A stretch of 64,000 nucleotides of DNA from Flavobacteriales bacterium. GTDB taxonomy: Bacteria > Bacteroidota > Bacteroidia > Flavobacteriales_D > Crocinitomicaceae. The notes beneath the pieces are model-generated. The model did no database searches, had not been told where the DNA came from, and saw only the letters and a program-made list of their open reading frames with translations. Within the stretch, counting starts at the first letter, position 1, and each line of letters opens with the position of its first letter. The DNA is taken from contig CANJLG010000008.1 in the NCBI GenBank assembly GCA_947475095.1, forward strand, positions 21,001 to 85,000, in the 5' to 3' direction. Shown in pieces: positions 9,814-18,243 of this stretch. Made by a program: the position numbers and the translations under genes.

Positions 9814-10599
9814 ATGCATTTTATTGATACACATGCCCACACCTATGACGAATCCTTTCTGGGCGATTTAGACGCAACAATTTCAAGTGCACAAGAGGCA
9901 GGAATTACCAAGATCTTAATGCCTAATATTGATACGGAGAGCATTGAGCCCATGTTTTCAATTCAAGAAAAACATCCAATGTGTATTCCTATGATGGGCC
10001 TTCATCCCGCTTATGTTAAGGCAGATTGGGAAAAGCAATTAGAGAAAATTGAGCGTTATTTATTTGCTGATCCGCTTAGATTTTGTGCCATAGGAGAAAT
10101 CGGGATGGATCTTTATTGGGATAAGTCATTTCTTGAAGAACAAAAAACCGTCTTTACCCAACAAATTCAATGGGCGAAAAAACTTGACTTGCCCATTGCT
10201 ATTCACGCGCGTGATGCCTTTAATGAAATCTTCGAAATATTAGATAAAGAAAATGATGATACGCTCAAAGGAGTGTTTCATTGCTTTACAGGAAATACAG
10301 CACAAGCTCAGCATATAAAAAATTATGGGGGGTTTTTATTAGGAATTGGCGGAGTGCTAACTTATAAAAACTCAGAACTTGGAAAGACGCTTAAAGAAGC
10401 AGCTTCATTAGAAGACCTGGTGCTTGAAACAGACGCTCCTTATTTGCCCCCCACGCCCTACAGAGGCAAAAGAAATGAATCCGCTTATATGATCGAGGTG
10501 GCGTTTAAATTAGTTGATTTGTTTCAGGTCCCACTAGAAGAAATCGCTCGTATAACAACCCTAAATGCAGAAGAACTTTTTCAATTAAACCGATTTTAA
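9814..10599 (+). CDS. TatD family metal-dependent hydrolase
   Basis: FIDTHAHT, AIGEIGMD, IHARDA, HCFTG and ETDAPYL motifs. The start codon directly abuts the galE stop. Confidence 0.85.
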   Translation: MHFIDTHAHTYDESFLGDLDATISSAQEAGITKILMPNIDTESIEPMFSIQEKHPMCIPMMGLHPAYVKADWEKQLEKIERYLFADPLRFCAIGEIGMDLYWDKSFLEEQKTVFTQQIQWAKKLDLPIAIHARDAFNEIFEILDKENDDTLKGVFHCFTGNTAQAQHIKNYGGFLLGIGGVLTYKNSELGKTLKEAASLEDLVLETDAPYLPPTPYRGKRNESAYMIEVAFKLVDLFQVPLEEIARITTLNAEELFQLNRF

Positions 10600-10600
10600 T

Positions 10601-11629
10601 ATGAAAGAAAAAAAAATATTACTCATCTACACCGGTGGTACGATTGGGATGATCAAAGATCTTCGAACGGGGGAACTTAAAAGCCTTGATTTTAATTATG
10701 TGTTTGACCACATTCCTGAATTGGAAAGGCTCCAAGTTGATTTAAGCAGTATAAGTTTTGAAAAAGCGATCGATTCCTCAGACATGACCTATGCACATTG
10801 GAAACAATTGGTTGATATTATCAATGATAATTATGAAACGTATGATGGGTTTGTGGTGCTTCATGGCTCAGACACGATGGCCTATACCGCATCCGCATTA
10901 AGCTTCATGTTGCAAGGCCTAACAAAACCAATTATCCTGACGGGATCGCAATTGCCAATCGGAACCATTCGAACAGACGGAAAAGAGAATTTGATTACAG
11001 CGGTTGAAATCGCTGCCGCAAAAAACAACGATGGATCGGCTACCGTACAAGAAGTGGCTATCTACTTTGAGTATTCCCTTTACAGAGGAAATCGTTGCAC
11101 GAAAATCTCCGCCAATCAATTTGAGGCATTTTCATCTCCAAATTATCCGCCACTAGCAGTTGCTGGTGTTACGATTGAATATAAACTTGATCAAGAATCA
11201 ATAAAAAAAAGACACGTGCTTCAAGTTTATAAAAATCTAGAAACTCGTATCGGTTTATTAAAAATATATCCTGGTATTCATTTTAAAAACTATGAATTCC
11301 TTTTTAATGCCAATCAATTTAAAGGAATTGTATTAGAAACATTTGGCGCAGGAAACGCCCCCAATAACCAAGATATGATTGACTTAATTACCAACTATAT
11401 CGACGCAGGGGGAATTATTCTAAATGTCACACAATGTTCCTCTGGCTCGGTGCGGCAGGGACAATATCAAACCAGCTCGTTTTTTGAAAAAATTGGGGTG
11501 CTTAGCGGAAAGGACATGACCACAGAGGCAGCGCTAGCAAAGTTGATGTATGTGTTGGGTAGAAATGAAAAGCACTCGGACAGCATCGCACTACTTCAAC
11601 AAAACATTGTCGGAGAAATGAGTGAATGA
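10601..11629 (+). CDS. ansA: L-asparaginase, type I
   Basis: Nucleophile motif LLIYTGGTIGM and second signature VLHGSDTMAYTASAL. Size 342 aa. Confidence 0.85.
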   Translation: MKEKKILLIYTGGTIGMIKDLRTGELKSLDFNYVFDHIPELERLQVDLSSISFEKAIDSSDMTYAHWKQLVDIINDNYETYDGFVVLHGSDTMAYTASALSFMLQGLTKPIILTGSQLPIGTIRTDGKENLITAVEIAAAKNNDGSATVQEVAIYFEYSLYRGNRCTKISANQFEAFSSPNYPPLAVAGVTIEYKLDQESIKKRHVLQVYKNLETRIGLLKIYPGIHFKNYEFLFNANQFKGIVLETFGAGNAPNNQDMIDLITNYIDAGGIILNVTQCSSGSVRQGQYQTSSFFEKIGVLSGKDMTTEAALAKLMYVLGRNEKHSDSIALLQQNIVGEMSE

Positions 11630-11720
11630 CCCTTTGAAATTAAATCATTAATTTCTTTAAAGTATAAACCAAGAGTTTGTTTTTTATTATTAATTACTCA
11701 GCTTAATTCATCGAATTATG

Positions 11721-11739
11721 TTGCGGAGAGAGGGGGATT
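11721..11739 (-). repeat. direct copy 1 of the tRNA-Ser 3' end (acceptor 3' strand plus T-stem 3' half), att-like fragment
   Basis: TTGCGGAGAGAGGGGGATT is identical to 11995-12013 at the 3' end of the intact tRNA. The flanking sequence diverges immediately. Confidence 0.7.
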
Positions 11740-11788
11740 ACGCGCCCAAAAACGCGTGATCCCGGAAGGGGGTCGCTTCATACTAATT

Positions 11789-11823
11789 AAAGCCATGCCG
11801 CATTGCGGCGCCTAGCTTTTTTT
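11789..11823 (+). terminator. candidate intrinsic terminator for the galE-tatD-ansA transcript
   Basis: GC-rich hairpin GCCGC-att-GCGGC nested inside AAAGC...GCTTT, running into a T7 tract (11817-11823). Lies about 160 nt after the ansA stop. Confidence 0.4.
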
Positions 11824-11900
11824 CCCACTTCACCATAAAGCAAGCTTTAGGTTCGTTTACAAAAAAAGCCCTGAAAAAATGCACGGCTTTAATAATTTTG

Positions 11901-11917
11901 GCGGAGAGAGGGGGATT
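11901..11917 (-). repeat. direct copy 2 of the tRNA-Ser 3' end, att-like fragment
   Basis: GCGGAGAGAGGGGGATT is identical to 11997-12013. It is preceded by TTG G, so on the minus strand this copy reads ...CTCTCTCCGCCA (encoded CCA), unlike the intact gene. Confidence 0.7.
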
Positions 11918-11997
11918 ATCTCAACTTCCGTTCGGAAGTGTTCGATGGTCTTCGGCACGAACCCAGGGTTCTCATCCCATCTTCCTTCATTTCATTG

Positions 11998-12082
11998 CGG
12001 AGAGAGGGGGATTCGAACCCCCGTTACGTTACCGTAAACACGCTTTCCAAGCGTGCGCGTTCAGCCACTCTGCCACCTCTCC
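11998..12082 (-). tRNA. tRNA-Ser (anticodon GGA), class II with long variable arm
   Basis: Minus strand reads GGAGAGGTGGCAGAGTGGCTGAACGCGCACGCTTGGAAAGCGTGTTTACGGTAACGTAACGGGGGTTCGAATCCCCCTCTCTCCG. Features: 7-bp acceptor stem, anticodon stem CACGC/GCGTG with loop TTGGAAA, variable-arm hairpin TTACG-GTAA-CGTAA, T arm GGGGG-TTCGAAT-CCCCC. CCA is not encoded. Confidence 0.92.
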
Positions 12083-12237
12083 TCTTATTTTTAAGAGCGC
12101 TAAGTTAATGCTTTTTTCCCTTTAAGAAAGGGCTATCGTAGGAATTGTTTTAAAACTCATTCGGATCCATAAATTAGAAAATGCTGATTTTTTGAACTTG
12201 CTGAAGTCACTTCTATAACTAATTGTAATTTTACACC

Positions 12238-12801
12238 ATGAAATACCTCATCGTTGGTTTAGGGAATCCTGGGATTGAATATGAAAACACCCGTCATAAT
12301 GTTGGCTTTCGTGTCCTTGATAAAATTGCGGGAGAATTAGAGTCCTCTTTTGTACTTGACCGAGCAGCTTTCGTTTCGTACGCTAAATATAAAGGTCGAT
12401 CAGTGGTTTTAATTAAGCCAATCACTTTTATGAATTTATCTGGAAAAGCAGTCAATTATTGGATGCAGAAAGAAGGGGTTACCATTGAAAACGTATTAGT
12501 AATCACGGACGATTTAGCACTTCCTTTTGGTAAATTGAGAATGAAAGGAAGCGGAAGCGATGGGGGTCACAATGGTTTAAAAGATATTCAGGCGACGCTT
12601 GGGACCAATGGCTATTCTCGCTTACGCTTTGGAGTTGGAAATGATTTTTCGAAGGGAAGACAATCGGATTATGTGTTAGGTAAGTGGGAAAAGGAGGAGG
12701 AACTTGCTTTGCCGGAGCGACTATTAAGCGCAACTAAAATGGGATTAAGCTTTTGCGCCATTGGCTTAGCGCTCACAATGACTGAATGGAATGGAAAATA
12801 G
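12238..12801 (+). CDS. pth: peptidyl-tRNA hydrolase
   Basis: LIVGLGNPGIEYENTRHNVGF and GHNGLKDI signatures. Size 187 aa. Confidence 0.9.
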   Translation: MKYLIVGLGNPGIEYENTRHNVGFRVLDKIAGELESSFVLDRAAFVSYAKYKGRSVVLIKPITFMNLSGKAVNYWMQKEGVTIENVLVITDDLALPFGKLRMKGSGSDGGHNGLKDIQATLGTNGYSRLRFGVGNDFSKGRQSDYVLGKWEKEEELALPERLLSATKMGLSFCAIGLALTMTEWNGK

Positions 12802-12812
12802 ATTCTTTTTAA

Positions 12813-15263
12813 TCAGCGAATAATAGTAAAGAACCCAGAATAAGTAAGGTCTTTATCTATTATGGTAAGCATCAAGAAATAAGTGCCGTCTGTCAAACCT
12901 TCACCGCTCCAATCATTTTGATAATTATTCTTTTCAAGAATTAAATTTCCCCAACGATTGAAAATTAATAATTGATTATTAGGATAAAAATCTAGGTATT
13001 CAAACGCGAGAAATTCATTTTTTCCATCATTGTTTGGTGTAATTACATTGGGAATTTTTACTTCAGCAGGGATTACTTGTATAATGGAACAGACTGAATC
13101 CAAGCATCCGATTTGATCTTGGACAAGCAGGCATAATTCGTAATTTCCTGGATTAAAATAGGTGTTTCCCCATTGACTAGAAAGGCTGGTTAAGGTATCG
13201 TTCCAAGTCCAAAACCAAGAAGAAATGCTAGATGCTGGAGACACCGAGTTGTCTATAAACAAAGCGGGAACACCCACAATTACAGGCAAGGGGTCTATTG
13301 TAAATGCAGCGCTAGGATTGCTATGCACAGTAATGTTAAATTGAGTTGTGTCGGAGGTGCAACCATTTCCTTGAGCATAGGCTGAAAAATTAAGTGAAAT
13401 GGGAGCGCCGGAAGTGGTAATAGGCGTTGAGAAATCCCCTTGGCCACTGAGTCCTTCGCCAAAAAAATAAGCTGTGCCATTGCTAAAACAAGACGCTAAA
13501 CCCACATTAATCGGGGGGCCACTACAAACAATAGAATCATATTGCAACTCCACATTCGTAGCTGGCTTAATGGGAACGGTCTCGTTGGGTAAGCCTGTAA
13601 TTACAGTCCCGCAAGCGTCAGTAATCACTGGTGGTGGAATGGTTAAAAGGGTATAGCTTGAATCGCAATATACTGGGCAATTTGGAATGGTTAGTAAAAA
13701 GTCGTGGCTAGTTGAACCAACATTACACCCCACATTGGTACCAATAGTTACTGTTTGAGTCGTCCAGGGGTGGGAAAAGGTATACGGTGCCACACCATAG
13801 CGAGCATAAGCCCTTACCCCGATTTCACAAGAATTTGAGCAAATTGGTGTTTGTGGCGCATACCACAGAGAGCCGTAAGACTCTGGTGTTTTGCCATATA
13901 TTACCACTTGGAAGGGCCACGCTGTGGTAAAGGGATCGTAACGGATGTAGAAAGGATTGCAGTTGCCGTTGAATGCATTTCTCCCTAAATGAAACCGCAC
14001 ATAGATCTGAGTTGGGGTACACGATTCCGGCACACAGCACACCAAGGGAGCCATTACGTTAAAGCTGTCTAAGTAAGCCGTTCCTGCAAGCTGAGCCGTT
14101 GAGCCCACAACCGTAAACGTTTGAGAAGCACCACAAGTTGTGCTAAAATACATTGAGCCTTGACTCATCGTTGCGCCACTGAATGGATCAGCATAGAAAC
14201 TAGAAGATACATAAAGGCCGGTTACCGTAACACCGCCCGGTATGGTGGCAAGCAAACTATCCACTTGATAAGCCGGCATAAAACAAGAAGGGATTTGGCC
14301 TCCAACCCACGTTGATGTTGGTCCGCCAATAAGCGGGTCAATGGTGATGGGATATGTCCGTTCCGAAGCATTCATCCACGCAGTAGGAATAGCGACAATC
14401 AGGCGATAATTATTCGGTGACAAGTATTCGAACGCCATTAATCCTTTTGAGTAGTTCATGCCCGCGTCATAGGCAATTGGCGCGTAAATTTTACCGCAGG
14501 GGGCACCTGTTTTTTTATCGATAACCAATATGTCTGCATCCATTGAAAAACCATCAATAAATAAAATTCCACGCTCCCCTCGCATTTCAATTTCACCGCC
14601 TGTAGAACTCGAATTTGTTTGATATTTCAATTCAAATCCAAGCGGAAGCGTAATTGTTTCTTCCGAAACAAAATATGCCGCAGGTGAAATGTTTTCAAGT
14701 GTATGGATAAGAAGGTTGCTTTTGATGCGGTCCTCCGAGAAAATTAATTGTTGAGTATAATTATCAATCTGTATCTGGCAACCCGTAGATGAAACATCTT
14801 GATTTGACAGGGTGATTTTGGATAGTGAATGGCCATTCACACTTCTATTATTCCCCAATACCATTTGTGCGCCCTCTTGATTTAGGGATACTGCATAAGA
14901 ACCATCGGTGAATAAATAAGTAGGAAAAGATTGTGATAGAGCTGACCAAGTTCCTGTGCCTTCTTCCTTTGTTAAGCTTGAATTTATAGGGTTTAGTCGC
15001 CCTGCTTTATCCAAATAATGAATTGGTTTTTTACTGAATATGTTCTTCGTATCTCCTTTTCGATTAATGAATGAAGATGATACAAGTGTTCGCTTAGCTT
15101 CTTCCTCGAACCACGTATTCGTATCTTGTTCGATTGCTTTTTTTGATTCATTATTTGGCGCCAATGACATTGTCTTACCCACCAACTGCCCCATTACACT
15201 AAAGCTTAGGCAAGCAAAGGTTATAATAATGCTAAACTTAAAAGCAAACTGTTTAGTAATCAT
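12813..15263 (-). CDS. 816-aa secreted Cys-rich protein with PKD-like domain and type B T9SS (gliding-motility-associated) C-terminal domain
   Basis: Signal peptide MITKQFAFKFSIIITFACLSFSVMGQ. PKD-like segment AAFTIDPLPVIVGVPALFIDNSVS...WFWTWND. C-terminus IPNVITPNNDGKNEF...IFNRWGNLI...WSGEGLTDGTYFLMLTI is the CHU_C/type B sorting pattern. Confidence 0.75.
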   Translation of the reverse strand: MITKQFAFKFSIIITFACLSFSVMGQLVGKTMSLAPNNESKKAIEQDTNTWFEEEAKRTLVSSSFINRKGDTKNIFSKKPIHYLDKAGRLNPINSSLTKEEGTGTWSALSQSFPTYLFTDGSYAVSLNQEGAQMVLGNNRSVNGHSLSKITLSNQDVSSTGCQIQIDNYTQQLIFSEDRIKSNLLIHTLENISPAAYFVSEETITLPLGFELKYQTNSSSTGGEIEMRGERGILFIDGFSMDADILVIDKKTGAPCGKIYAPIAYDAGMNYSKGLMAFEYLSPNNYRLIVAIPTAWMNASERTYPITIDPLIGGPTSTWVGGQIPSCFMPAYQVDSLLATIPGGVTVTGLYVSSSFYADPFSGATMSQGSMYFSTTCGASQTFTVVGSTAQLAGTAYLDSFNVMAPLVCCVPESCTPTQIYVRFHLGRNAFNGNCNPFYIRYDPFTTAWPFQVVIYGKTPESYGSLWYAPQTPICSNSCEIGVRAYARYGVAPYTFSHPWTTQTVTIGTNVGCNVGSTSHDFLLTIPNCPVYCDSSYTLLTIPPPVITDACGTVITGLPNETVPIKPATNVELQYDSIVCSGPPINVGLASCFSNGTAYFFGEGLSGQGDFSTPITTSGAPISLNFSAYAQGNGCTSDTTQFNITVHSNPSAAFTIDPLPVIVGVPALFIDNSVSPASSISSWFWTWNDTLTSLSSQWGNTYFNPGNYELCLLVQDQIGCLDSVCSIIQVIPAEVKIPNVITPNNDGKNEFLAFEYLDFYPNNQLLIFNRWGNLILEKNNYQNDWSGEGLTDGTYFLMLTIIDKDLTYSGFFTIIR

Positions 15264-15721
15264 TTTATTTTTCTTATTTCTTTATGCATTATTTCCCCAC
15301 CGCTCGTGGCTGTTTTTATCCCTAAATATATCGCAAAAATGGCTAATAATGCAAGTCCTATTGAAAGTGCATTCGAACGTTTGTTTTTTTTCCAAGAAAG
15401 CCACATAGCAAGCAAGGAAATGGCTGATAACAAGTAGGTAACCAGTGAAAAAGTTTCTGCGTGTTCTTCGTGTTGATGAATAAACGTGCCGCTGGTTTTT
15501 TCTAATCCCTCCACTATTTCCTCTGCACCCTCACCAGTATTCATAGAAAGGAATGCTGCTATCCCGGCAAATACAAAGAGAGAGAGGGCCAATCGTTTCA
15601 CTAAACCATTCTTGAACAGAAACCCAAATAACAACAAGAAACAACCCATTATTAGTAAAAAAATGGGGAGGTGATTGATAACTAGGTGAGAATAAGGTGA
15701 CTTTAATGCATTTTCTAACAT
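15260..15721 (-). CDS. small integral membrane protein (about 4 TM helices), function unknown
   Basis: Hydrophobic segments plus an acidic/His loop GEGAEEIVEGLEKTSGTFIHQHEEHAE. Its TGA stop overlaps the ATG of the downstream 816-aa gene (ATGA). Confidence 0.6.
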   Translation of the reverse strand: MLENALKSPYSHLVINHLPIFLLIMGCFLLLFGFLFKNGLVKRLALSLFVFAGIAAFLSMNTGEGAEEIVEGLEKTSGTFIHQHEEHAETFSLVTYLLSAISLLAMWLSWKKNKRSNALSIGLALLAIFAIYLGIKTATSGGEIMHKEIRKIK

Positions 15722-15892
15722 CCTTCTTTTTGTGTACTAATGTAAGAAATTCTATTTAAATACCATATTTTTTACCTTTTTCTCCTTTCTTTTTCCTTAA
15801 TTTGTGTGCCTATAAATCATTAATATGTTTTATTAAAGTAGTAATTCAATTAAGAAAAGCCCTCTCGCAACCATATATTTTATAGATTAATT

Positions 15893-17356
15893 ATGATGAA
15901 TTTCGACTTCTTATTTACCAATTTATTTGATAAAAATATTGCCTTTTATATTGATGAAAAAGAATACACTTATTTAGAATTTAAACAGACCGTGTTTTCT
16001 ATATCAAATAGAATAAATGAACATAACATAGAGGGCCAAAACATTGGCGTTTATCTTTCTGATGACCTTTATTCCTATGCTGCATTTATTGCTATTTGGT
16101 TAACTAAAAATGCATATGTCCCTATTCATCCTTCCTATCCGGATAACAGAAGGATTGATATAATCAATCAAGCGGAAATTAATTATGTGCTTGTAACTGA
16201 TTCCCACCCTATTTGTGTCGTTGGCCCTACCAGTATTAACATTTCTTCGCTTCATCCTGCCGAAAAACTCTCCTTTCATTATATTGAGCATATCAAAAGT
16301 GACTTAATGTATATTCTTTTTACCTCAGGCAGCACGGGGGCCCCAAAAGGGGTCCAAATTAACTGTGGAAATTTATGTTCTTTTATGGACCATCTGACTT
16401 CTGTCAAGATGCCACTTACAGTTGGGGATCGGTTTCTTCAAATGTTTGAACTAACCTTTGATTTATCTGTCGTGTCATTTTTATTTCCCTTACAACTTGG
16501 GGGAACCGTATACCATGTTGGCACCAACCAAGTAAAATATCTAGAAATATACCGCCTTCTTGAAGAATATGCTATTAATTATGCCATCATTGTCCCTTCT
16601 GTTTTGGCTATGTTAAGGCCATACTTTGAAGATATTGATTTACCAAACTTAAAAGTTGTTGCATTAAGCGGGGAGGCCGTTCCGTTAAAATTAACCGAAG
16701 AATTTCAATTGTGCTGTCCAAACGCCTCTTTTTTTAATTACTATGGGCCAACAGAATGCACTATTTTTTGTACAGCATACGCTATCCCGAGAACTGAAAT
16801 AAAGTCCGCTAACGGAATTGTTTCTATAGGAAAGCCAACTCTAAATAGCGTATATAAATTATATGAATTGCCTAAAGATGGGGAAGAACTGAATGCTAGC
16901 AGCGAACTGCACATCGGAGGCGAACAAGTTTCCATTGGTTATGTGCAAAATGAAGAAATGAATAAAACGTTATTCTATAAAAATGGCGAAACGCCATATT
17001 ACAATACTGGCGATTTAGTCTTTTGCGATGACATGGGCTTTTTGTATTACTTAGGGAGAAAAGATCAACAAGTAAAAATTCAAGGATATCGTATCGAACT
17101 AATGGAGGTTGAGCACCTGTGCAATAAGGCATTAGAAGCAACCTCGGTGGTTGTGGCTATTAAAAATGAAAAAGGATTTGACGAGCTAATTCTTTTTGTG
17201 AAAGAGACCGAAATCAATACAATTACAGAGAGGCTTAATCAGTATTTGCCTAAATATATGGTCCCAAGCAGGACAATTCAAATGAAAGACTTCCCGATGA
17301 ATGAAAATGGTAAGTTGGATAGAAAATCACTAAGAAACTCACTACTTAACTCATAA
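15893..17356 (+). CDS. stand-alone adenylation enzyme, DltA-like amino acid--carrier protein ligase
   Basis: A-domain core motifs: LMYILFTSGSTGAPKGV (A3), TFDLSV (A4 with Asp), NYYGPTECT (A5), YNTGDL (A7), GRKDQQVKIQGYRIELMEVE (A8), NGKLDRKSL (A10). About 490 aa, with no condensation or thiolation domain. Confidence 0.8.
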   Translation: MMNFDFLFTNLFDKNIAFYIDEKEYTYLEFKQTVFSISNRINEHNIEGQNIGVYLSDDLYSYAAFIAIWLTKNAYVPIHPSYPDNRRIDIINQAEINYVLVTDSHPICVVGPTSINISSLHPAEKLSFHYIEHIKSDLMYILFTSGSTGAPKGVQINCGNLCSFMDHLTSVKMPLTVGDRFLQMFELTFDLSVVSFLFPLQLGGTVYHVGTNQVKYLEIYRLLEEYAINYAIIVPSVLAMLRPYFEDIDLPNLKVVALSGEAVPLKLTEEFQLCCPNASFFNYYGPTECTIFCTAYAIPRTEIKSANGIVSIGKPTLNSVYKLYELPKDGEELNASSELHIGGEQVSIGYVQNEEMNKTLFYKNGETPYYNTGDLVFCDDMGFLYYLGRKDQQVKIQGYRIELMEVEHLCNKALEATSVVVAIKNEKGFDELILFVKETEINTITERLNQYLPKYMVPSRTIQMKDFPMNENGKLDRKSLRNSLLNS

Positions 17357-17357
17357 C

Positions 17358-18008
17358 ATGTATACGATTAGAGAGGCCAAGAAAGAAGATCAAGCATTTC
17401 TTATCTTGTCAATTATTGAAGCCGATAAAAGTTCTACTAATATTTGTTCCTATTGCAAACTCCTCGAAATTGAGGAATTGGAATTTAAACAATTCCTCCA
17501 TGAAATTTTTGAAGAGGAAATCACCGGATTTGAATTCTCCGTCGAAGCGTTTGTGGTAGTGGAATATGATGGTAAGCCAATAGCAGCAAGCGCTTCTTGG
17601 ATTGAGTCGGAGGAAGGTCTCCCATCGTGGCAACTAAGGATGGTTGCCTTGAGAACAGTGCTCCCTGCCATTCACATAACTAATCTGATGGCAAAATCGG
17701 CCATTTGTAATACAATTAATATTAAAAGAAGTGAAGGAACCCTGCAAATTGAGTCTGTTTTTATTAGCTCTGAACACCGCGGTAAGGAATTATTAAAAAA
17801 AATGATTGACTTTCATATAAAATTAAGGTCCAATAACACCAATAACATTGCCTCCATGGAATTATTAACCTATAATTCGAACCTATTGGCCGAAAAAGCG
17901 TACACGAAAATCGGATTTAAAAAAATAGAATACACAACTTCGTCGCACGAGGAAATAAAACAATTTTACCCATCTGATGGGATGACTCGTTGGCAAAAAA
18001 TTATTTAA
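17358..18008 (+). CDS. GNAT-like acyltransferase (tentative)
   Basis: 216 aa. VFISSEHRGKELLKKMIDF resembles the GNAT motif A (R/Q-x-x-G-x-G/A) CoA-binding loop, and the C-terminal AYTKIGFKK resembles motif B. Sits 1 nt after the ligase stop. Confidence 0.45.
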   Translation: MYTIREAKKEDQAFLILSIIEADKSSTNICSYCKLLEIEELEFKQFLHEIFEEEITGFEFSVEAFVVVEYDGKPIAASASWIESEEGLPSWQLRMVALRTVLPAIHITNLMAKSAICNTINIKRSEGTLQIESVFISSEHRGKELLKKMIDFHIKLRSNNTNNIASMELLTYNSNLLAEKAYTKIGFKKIEYTTSSHEEIKQFYPSDGMTRWQKII

Positions 18009-18009
18009 C

Positions 18010-18243
18010 ATGGAAATTAAAACTAAATTACAAGAAGTTTTTCGTGACGTATTTCAAGATGAATCGTTGACAATTTTACCCGAAATGACTGCTGGAGATG
18101 TTGATAAATGGGATAGTATAACTCATTTGATAATGATTAGTAAAGTAGAGGAAGTTTTTAATGTCTCTTTCCGCTTAAAAGAATTAATCAAACTCAAAAA
18201 TGTTGGCGATTTAATTGCTCTTTTAAAAGAAAAAACCGAGTAA
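18010..18243 (+). CDS. small acyl/aminoacyl carrier protein (DltC-like role)
   Basis: 77 aa, acidic, four-helix-bundle size. Candidate phosphopantetheine site GDVDKWDSITHLIMISKVEEVF. Confidence 0.7.
   Translation: MEIKTKLQEVFRDVFQDESLTILPEMTAGDVDKWDSITHLIMISKVEEVFNVSFRLKELIKLKNVGDLIALLKEKTE

Noticed and set aside
11636-11655. AT-only hairpin GAAATTAA-atca-TTAATTTC right after the ansA stop, as a possible terminator
   Set aside because: The stem has no G:C pairs and is followed by only three T residues. The GC-rich hairpin plus T7 tract at 11789-11823 is the more credible terminator.
11721-12013. Possible mini-CRISPR, because a 17-nt string recurs three times
   Set aside because: There are only three copies and the spacers are unequal (161 and 79 nt). 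The repeat is identical to the 3' end of the adjacent tRNA, and no cas genes are present. An att-like duplication fits better.
11898-12125. 75-aa plus-strand ORF (MAERGGLSQLPFGS...)
   Set aside because: It runs antisense through the tRNA-Ser gene and the tRNA-3'-end repeat. The repeated AERGG peptide is just the translated repeat, so this is not a credible gene.
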